64,000 nucleotides of DNA from Rhynchopus sp. YZ270_cl-10 (taxonomy: Eukaryota): the NCBI GenBank assembly GCA_964035575.1, contig OZ037845.1, forward strand, positions 1,426,001-1,490,000. Direction: 5' to 3'. This document shows, one piece after another, positions 57,426 to 64,000 of the stretch. How positions within the stretch are numbered: position 1 is the first letter of the stretch; every line of letters starts with the position of its first letter. The notes beneath the pieces are model-generated. The model was given only the letters and a program-made list of their open reading frames with translations. It searched no databases and was not told the origin of the DNA. Position numbers and translations under genes: made by a program.

Positions 57426-58699
57426 TTTAAATGCTCAGCATGAAACGAAGCTTTTTATCAGGCTACCAACCCCCTCCCTCACCCCCACCACCCCCAACCC
57501 ACCGTTTTTTTTTTTTTTCTATTTTATTTGTGTGAACGAACTGAACTGGCACGCTTTTTTTTTGTATTCCGCTGTTACAGAATGATCGACTTCTATTACC
57601 CCCTCTTTACGGTGACAAACCAACGCTGCTTTCGCTCCCCTTAGTTGGTTGCAACAACAGGCAGCACAAGGTTTCTTTCATAGTGAGGAACGGTATTTCT
57701 TTTTTTCTTTTTTTCAATAGATGTGAGCATCTTTTCGATTTTTCACTCTTTCTCTCTTTTTTGTTTTTTTTTGTTTTTTGGATATTTGTTTTTATGAGAA
57801 GCAATGTAGCTGCCGTCGCCTCAAAGAGGCGTCTGTACACTACCAACCAACTTCTCGTTTTTTTTGTGCCATCAAAATGAGTCCTTAAAACCTTTTGTAG
57901 CAAGTCGTTACGTAGGGTGTCCTCATTTTTAAGGTGTTTCGTGCACGAAACACAACATCCGACCATGTTGTCTTTGTTCCTGTGTTTAGATCCGGGGTGT
58001 GAAAGCCCCCTGAAGGCCACATCCCACGATCCATTCTCACACATCAACACACTTATTGCCACACACCCCCGAGAACTAACTGGGTATCTCTTGAGGGGGG
58101 GTTAGAGCAAATCTGCACGGATTTTTTTCTTTTTCTTTTTTCTTCAGTGTTTTTATTTTATTTTTCCAGTGTGTTTCTCTGTTTTTTTTTTTTTTTCTGT
58201 TTTTTTTTGTGGCGATCCGTAAAGGAATACAATGCTTTTTTTTGAGTCTCTTCAAAGTACAATGCCTTGGGCGACGCTGTTGGTACAAAAAATGACCTAC
58301 CTTTCAGGTAGGTTTTGTCCACACACGAATCATCGCCCTTCTCATTCTACTCCCCCCTACAGTGGGTGTTTCCAACGTGACATGCCCATCAGCGGTAAAG
58401 CAGGGTTTTTGCCGTACCCCGATCACCCCCACACACCCCATTTTTAGTCTCAGCGAAACTTAGGCTTAGGTTCATCCTAGCGATTTTTTTTCTCTTGAAC
58501 GGTAGCGTTGCATTTAGCGAAACTTTTCATATGGCAGCGTCCGCGAAAGACCCCCCCCTAAAGCTAACATCCATGCTTATTGGTATTTCACTAATTAAAA
58601 TTTTGGTATTTTATAAGATCTTTTTTTTGAATGAACTCAGAGTTAAGTTTCTGAGTTCATTAAAAAAAAAATCGGTGAAAAATTCCGAGTAGGTATTAA

Positions 58700-58834
58700 G
58701 TTAGATGGGAGAAGCTATGTCAACAGCTATGTGTCCCCTTATTTTACCTGTATTTTACTAAGGACCTAAATCCTTGGTATTTACAGGTAAAATAAGGGGA
58801 CACATAGCTGTTGACATAGCTTCTCCCATCTAAC
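58700..58834. mobile_element. 135-bp hairpin MITE flanked by TTAA
   Basis: Perfect arms of ~53 bp (GTTAGATGGGAGAAG... / ...CTTCTCCCATCTAAC), with TTAA on both sides. Confidence 0.85.
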
Positions 58835-58838
58835 TTAA

Positions 58839-59840
58839 CCCTTTACGGACCACGACCGATTTTTTCGATTTGCTAGGATCTTCTCTCCCATAGGTAAAAT
58901 GAGATCCGATGCATATTTTTGATCGTACCTGGCCGCAATTGAAAGATTTTGAGCAGATCTTTCAAATGGAGCAGAAATCGAAATAAAATGAGAAAAATGG
59001 AAAATGGAAAATTGAGGAGAGCTGATATTTTTTTCTGAAAATTTTGAAGAAAAAAATTATTCCGGCTGCGCACCTGTTTTTTCGGTTTTCGAAAATGGCT
59101 TTATTTGAGAGATCGGTTCAAAATCTTTCAAAAGAAAAAAAAATCGATCAAAAAGTCCTAGTAGATAATGTCTCACTGCATGGAGAGAAGGTACCAACCA
59201 ACTAAATATACCGTAATTGTACAGAGGTTGGACAGTGCAAAAGTTGGGGCTTTTGGGACTTTTGGCCAACTTGGCATGGTGCTGACAAAGGTGAACGCCG
59301 CATCCCCCGCACATGTAATCTATTTTCAGACGCCTGTTTCCCAAGCAAGAAGAAGTTGTCGACCAACACCCTCCTGCCAGTGTCTCTGTACCTTGACCGT
59401 GTTGATATAGATTTTCTGTACAATGTCCCTCAAAAGACAAAATGCAATAAATACACGGAGAAGAGGCACATCCAGTTCAGGGTCAGGAACTGCAACTACG
59501 CGTGTTACTTTGCCCAGTCGCGGGTATTTTCCATTATTTTAGTTTCGATCTGAAGACCGTACAAAATGGTTCACTGCACACCAAAGTTTGAATCCTCTGA
59601 TGACTCAAGCGCGTCAGAATGGTACATTATTCCCAAAAAATGACCCAAAATACCCTATTATGTGATAATGCCGGGTGTGGATGAGAGGGGATGAGAGCGT
59701 CAAAAAAAATCGAATCTTGCGTCTTTTGAAAGATTTCGCACAAAATCTTCTCATTAAAAAAAAAAATCTTCAAAAAGTCCTAGTGGAAGCCAATTTAGGT
59801 GGTTGCGTGGACATATATGTCCCCTCTGGTCCTTAAAGGG
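58839..59840 (-). mobile_element. Internally deleted piggyBac element
   Basis: TTAA TSDs and TIR CCCTTTA(C/A)GGACCA. A minus-strand remnant C..RRLKIDYMCGGCGVHLCQHH resembles the piggyBac C-terminal Cys-rich domain. Confidence 0.8.
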
Positions 59841-60024
59841 TTAATACCTACTCGGAATTTTTCACCGATTTTTTTTTAATGAACTCAGAAACTTAACTCT
59901 GAGTTCATTCAAAAAAAAAGATCTTATAAAATACCAAAATTTTAATTAGTGAAATACCAATAAGCATGGATGTTAGCTTTAGGGGGGGGTCTTTCGCGGA
60001 CGCTCCCAATATTTTTTTTTTTAT

Positions 60025-60398
60025 ATTTTATTCCCCTGGGAAATAAAGTATACGAAGGATTTGGCACTTTTAGCGGGATTTTATTTAATGATAATTTCAC
60101 GCTAAATTTTGGTACATGTAGGTAGTAGGGCTGGAGGGACCGTCCAGCCTTTTTTAGCCTCCCTCCAGCCTCCTCAATCCCGCCAGCCCCTCAGCGGGCC
60201 TATCTAGGGGTCCGCGGGACCCGGTAGCGCTGGCGGGAGGGTAATGAGAGCTTTTTTTTTTTTTTTTCACGCTCTTTTTTTTTTTTTTCCCTGAGAGCTT
60301 CCTGTGAGGACACATACTCGTTAGTTATTGCACAATAAATAAGTCACGCTAAAAGTGCCAAATCCTTTCGTATACTTTATTTCCCAGTGGAATAAAAT
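60025..60398. mobile_element. MITE with ~50-bp TIRs
   Basis: ATTTTATTCCCCTGGGAAATAAAGTATACGAAGGATTTGGCACTTTTAGCG is inverted at 60347-60398. Confidence 0.75.
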
Positions 60399-60402
60399 TA
60401 CG

Positions 60403-60568
60403 TATTCACCTCCTTTTAGCGGATTATTTTGCGATACTTCACTTATTTTTTTCCCAGGCTCGTGCACTCAATTTGCCTCGCTTCGCTCGGCAAATTAAGT
60501 AGCCCTCGCCTGGGAAAAAAATGCGTGAAGTTATCGCAAAATAAAACCCCGCTAAAAGGAGGTGAATA
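60403..60568. mobile_element. Fully palindromic 166-bp element centred on GCTTCGC
   Basis: TATTCACCTCCTTTTAGCGG / CCGCTAAAAGGAGGTGAATA arms pair almost to the centre. Confidence 0.75.
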
Positions 60569-61505
60569 AATAGTTATTTCTCTCCGATAAATGTGTGCCA
60601 CTGAGGCCCATTTTTTTGTGAGGGTGTTTTTTTTTTAGAATTGGTCAGATGCATGCGTATGAGAGAAGCATTCATCTTGCGCCATTTTTTTTTTTCTTCT
60701 TTTTTTTTCGCTTTTTCCGCATAGACAGCTTGCTGTGTATGTCTTTTTCACCACTCCACATTTTTTTTTTCTCAAACGCTTTCCCCGGTCCCTTTTTTTT
60801 TGTCAAATGTGTGTGCGGGTACGTCATTTTAGGACTACTCTTTGGGTTGCTAATACACGTTTTTGTTGTTCACGTGTAGTGTATCCTTATTGGTTTCTTC
60901 TGATAAAAGGTAGACCACTGATCAATGATCAAGGTGGCTTAGCGTAGAGAGGTCTAGCTGCAGCTCAGCTTTTTTTTTTTTTTTTCTTTTTTTTTTTGCC
61001 GCACTCCCTTCCCACGTCGTTTCACTGTATTTTATTATTTCTCTGGGTGGAGTTCCTACACCACCAGAGAGACAAAAATGCAGGGAAAATTACAAAAAAA
61101 AAAAAAAGTATAGTGGAGCACACTCTAGGGTGGCTACACTATTACAACCAAGTTTTCAAAAAAAAAACCCCCCAAATACCCCCCAACAATATGCCGATTG
61201 TTGCTAAAAAAGCAAAACTAAAATGTGAATGAGAAAAGGGAGACTAGGGACGAAACTAGAACACTCAAATGCTTCTTATTATTTCTCTCTTTTCCCCCAC
61301 CCCCACGGTACACTGTCACGAGAGGACTTTGTATTTCACGGGTATATATTTTTTTAGTACAAGACAATAGGCCTTAAAACGTCCGTGGTAGTGGTCCACT
61401 ATATGTACAAAGAAATCATCTGAATCTGTCATATTTTTTTTGTTGCCCCAACCCCGTTTCTTCACTTCAACTTACAAAAATAACAGGGCGGAAAAAGAGC
61501 TAAAT

Positions 61506-62876
61506 ATGGCGCACGCGGCAAAGATCGAGCCGGTGACGGTAGCAACGTTCCTTCTGTTCCAGATTGCACTCATCTTCCTGTACGCCTACTGCGTGGAGTA
61601 CTCCGATGACACAAAGGTGTCCGACACGGAGCAGGAAAGCGACCTGTCCCTGACACGTCTGTACCCCTTCTTCCAGGATGTGCACGTGATGGTGTTCATT
61701 GGTTTCGGTTTCCTGATGACCTTCATGCGCCGCTACAGCATGACCGCAGTTGCCTTCAACTACTTCGTCGCAGCCGCAATGCTGATGTGGACGATCCTCG
61801 TGCTTGGGTTCTGGCACCGTGCCTTCGGTGAAAAGAGCTTCTTCGACAAGATCAACCTGCAGGCAACCGACCTCGTCACAGGAGACTTTGGTGCGGCATC
61901 TGTGCTGATTGCATTCGGGGCTGTGCTTGGGAAGGTGGGACCCACACAGCTGCTTGTGATGGGAATTCTGCAGATCTTCTTCTACGCACTGAACGAGTCG
62001 ATTGGTGTGATTGAGTACCAGGCAGTGGACATGGGTGGGTCGATGTACGTCCACCTGTTCGGTGCTCTGTTCGGAGTGGCTTGCAGCTTTGCTTACATGA
62101 AGAAGGCTGAGGTGACGAAGCTGGACAAGGACGGAAAGAACGCGTCATCGCGCACAACAGACACATTCGCGATGGTGGGCACGATCTTCCTGTTCATGTT
62201 CTGGCCCTCATTCAACGGTGCTCTTGCTGTGGGCTCGCCACGTACACGTGTGGTGATCAACACTGTGCTTGCCATCTGTGCGTCCACCACCTCTGCGTTC
62301 CTGATGTCGTACGTCCTGCGTGGTGGGTACTTCTCGATGGTCGACATCCAGAACGCCACACTTGCGGGTGGTGTTGCTGTGGGCAGCAGCAGCGATCTTG
62401 TTGTTGACGCTTGGCCCTCCCTTCTTGTGGGAACCATTGCTGGGTTTGTCTCCGTCTTTGGCTACGTGTACCTGAGCCCTGCCCTTGAGAGCGCTGGCCT
62501 GCACGACACCTGTGGTGTGCTGAACCTCCACGGCATCCCCGGAATGATTGGCGGTATCTCTGGTGCGATCTCTGCTGCGTCTGCGGGTGAGTCTGTGTAC
62601 GGCGGTGACATTGGGCTTGTGTTCCCTGCACGCTCGTCTGGCCGCTCTGCCTCGCACCAGGGTGCCATGCAGACGGCTTGCCTGTTCACCACCATCGGAA
62701 TTGCCATTGCTGGAGGGCTTGTCACTGGCATTGTTCTGAAGTTCATCCCGAACCCTGGTGATGCTCGCTACGAGGTGTTCGAGGACAAGCGCTACTGGGA
62801 GGAGCTGGCTGACGAGGACGAGGAGGCCACCACCCTTGAGATTGACGCTGAGATGGCCGAGAAGGCTGAAGAGTAG
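61506..62876 (+). CDS. Rh-family transporter, paralog 2
   Basis: Core is nearly identical to paralog 1, with different N- and C-termini. Confidence 0.95.
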   Translation: MAHAAKIEPVTVATFLLFQIALIFLYAYCVEYSDDTKVSDTEQESDLSLTRLYPFFQDVHVMVFIGFGFLMTFMRRYSMTAVAFNYFVAAAMLMWTILVLGFWHRAFGEKSFFDKINLQATDLVTGDFGAASVLIAFGAVLGKVGPTQLLVMGILQIFFYALNESIGVIEYQAVDMGGSMYVHLFGALFGVACSFAYMKKAEVTKLDKDGKNASSRTTDTFAMVGTIFLFMFWPSFNGALAVGSPRTRVVINTVLAICASTTSAFLMSYVLRGGYFSMVDIQNATLAGGVAVGSSSDLVVDAWPSLLVGTIAGFVSVFGYVYLSPALESAGLHDTCGVLNLHGIPGMIGGISGAISAASAGESVYGGDIGLVFPARSSGRSASHQGAMQTACLFTTIGIAIAGGLVTGIVLKFIPNPGDARYEVFEDKRYWEELADEDEEATTLEIDAEMAEKAEE

Positions 62877-63528
62877 AAGCTCCTTGCACATCTGTTATGC
62901 CCACTGCTCCCTCATATCCCATCTCTTTCCCTTCCCCTCTTCCCCGAACGTTAGCACCCTTTTGCTTCCCATTCCACGCAGTTCGAATGTCCAACGAACA
63001 CCCCGAAGGCACCTTCTGCAGAAATGCATGAGTGGCAACGTTGGCGTGACGCACAGTGGTTTCGCATTGTAGGGCAGAAGCGTGCCTTGTAAATTTGTTA
63101 TGTTATGACGGCGCCTGAGAACGCCCCCGACGAGAGAGAGTCTCGCAAACTTGTAAAAAATGTAAAGATAATAAAAAAAAGGGGGGGGGGGGGGGGGAAA
63201 TCCCAGAGTACCAAAGAGGGAGATTACCACACACAAACGAGCCAGTTCACGTCCTCTGTTGTTTGATGCAGCGCAACTATTTTATAGAGAAAATATGTAA
63301 AGAACGAAGGGAAAAGGTTGCGAAGGGGGTCGAACCTGCAACTGTACGCCACTTCTGATGTGTGGATTTAATAAAATTAAAAACTGAGGGACGTTGACAG
63401 CTCGTGCACAAAAAAGACAAAATAGAACAAACCCACCACATTTTGCTTTGATCTGTTGCTCAGTTGCCTTGCCTTCGCTATACACACAGACACACACAGG
63501 CATTTGTATTGTTAGTTGAGGATTAACT

Positions 63529-64000
63529 ATGGCGCACGCGGCAAAGATCGAGCCGGTGACGGTAGCAACGTTCCTTCTGTTCCAGATTGCACTCATCTTC
63601 CTGTACGCCTACTGCGTGGAGTACTCCGATGACACAAAGGTGTCCGACACGGAGCAAGAAAGCGACCTGTCCCTGACGCGTCTGTACCCCTTCTTCCAGG
63701 ATGTGCACGTGATGGTGTTCATTGGTTTCGGTTTCCTGATGACCTTCATGCGCCGCTACAGCATGACCGCAGTTGCCTTCAACTACTTCGTCGCAGCCGC
63801 AATGCTGATGTGGACGATCCTCGTGCTTGGGTTCTGGCACCGTGCCTTCGGTGCAAAGAGCTTCTTCGACAAGATCAACCTGCAGGCAACCGACCTCGTC
63901 ACAGGAGACTTTGGTGCGGCATCTGTGCTGATTGCATTCGGAGCTGTGCTTGGGAAGGTGGGACCCACACAGCTGCTTGTGATGGGAATTCTGCAGATCT
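63529..64000 (+). CDS. Rh-family transporter, paralog 3 (3'-partial)
   Basis: ATGGCGCACGCGGCAAAG start, nearly identical to paralog 2, running off the end of the window. Confidence 0.9.
   Translation, partial: MAHAAKIEPVTVATFLLFQIALIFLYAYCVEYSDDTKVSDTEQESDLSLTRLYPFFQDVHVMVFIGFGFLMTFMRRYSMTAVAFNYFVAAAMLMWTILVLGFWHRAFGAKSFFDKINLQATDLVTGDFGAASVLIAFGAVLGKVGPTQLLVMGILQI

Larger units (their letters stand above)
58536..60004. mobile_element. Composite: ~325-bp palindromic element split at its central TTAA by two insertions
   Basis: 58536-58699 is the reverse complement of 59841-60004. Confidence 0.85.

Noticed and set aside
63315..63345. tRNA T-arm-like GGTTCGACCC on the minus strand (also GGTTCGA near 50164)
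   Set aside because: No cloverleaf, D arm or acceptor stem could be built.

Overview
Eukaryotic (protist) genomic DNA. Every credible protein-coding gene lies on the + strand, and several carry short GT-AG introns (donor G|GTWTG). This layout suggests a euglenozoan-type polycistronic cluster, plausibly from a diplonemid (inference). Genes in order: a partial CH-domain/EF-hand-like protein, ERH, nicolin-like, GRIPAP1-like coiled-coil protein, a type II membrane glycosyltransferase-like protein, GLRX3/PICOT, IFT172, five apparently identical tandem copies (2303-bp period) of a secreted 8-module pacifastin-like protein, a large IQ/coiled-coil protein, a class IV aminotransferase with a 30-Gly tract, a methyltransferase with a possible OB fold, a pacifastin-like pseudogene, a small ORF, a cullin and three Rh ammonium transporters. 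Intergenic DNA is rich in non-autonomous TIR elements with 4-, 6-, 8- and 9-bp target-site duplications, including nested insertions and a deleted piggyBac. The most interesting unexplained signal is a set of short (35-50 nt) hairpin families. They are all in sense orientation, use G-U pairs that work only on the + strand RNA, often share a bulged-A/GAGA-loop cap, and occur in clusters between genes. They are candidate RNA-level processing or regulatory signals for the polycistronic transcript. All family assignments come from motif recognition by eye; no searches were run.
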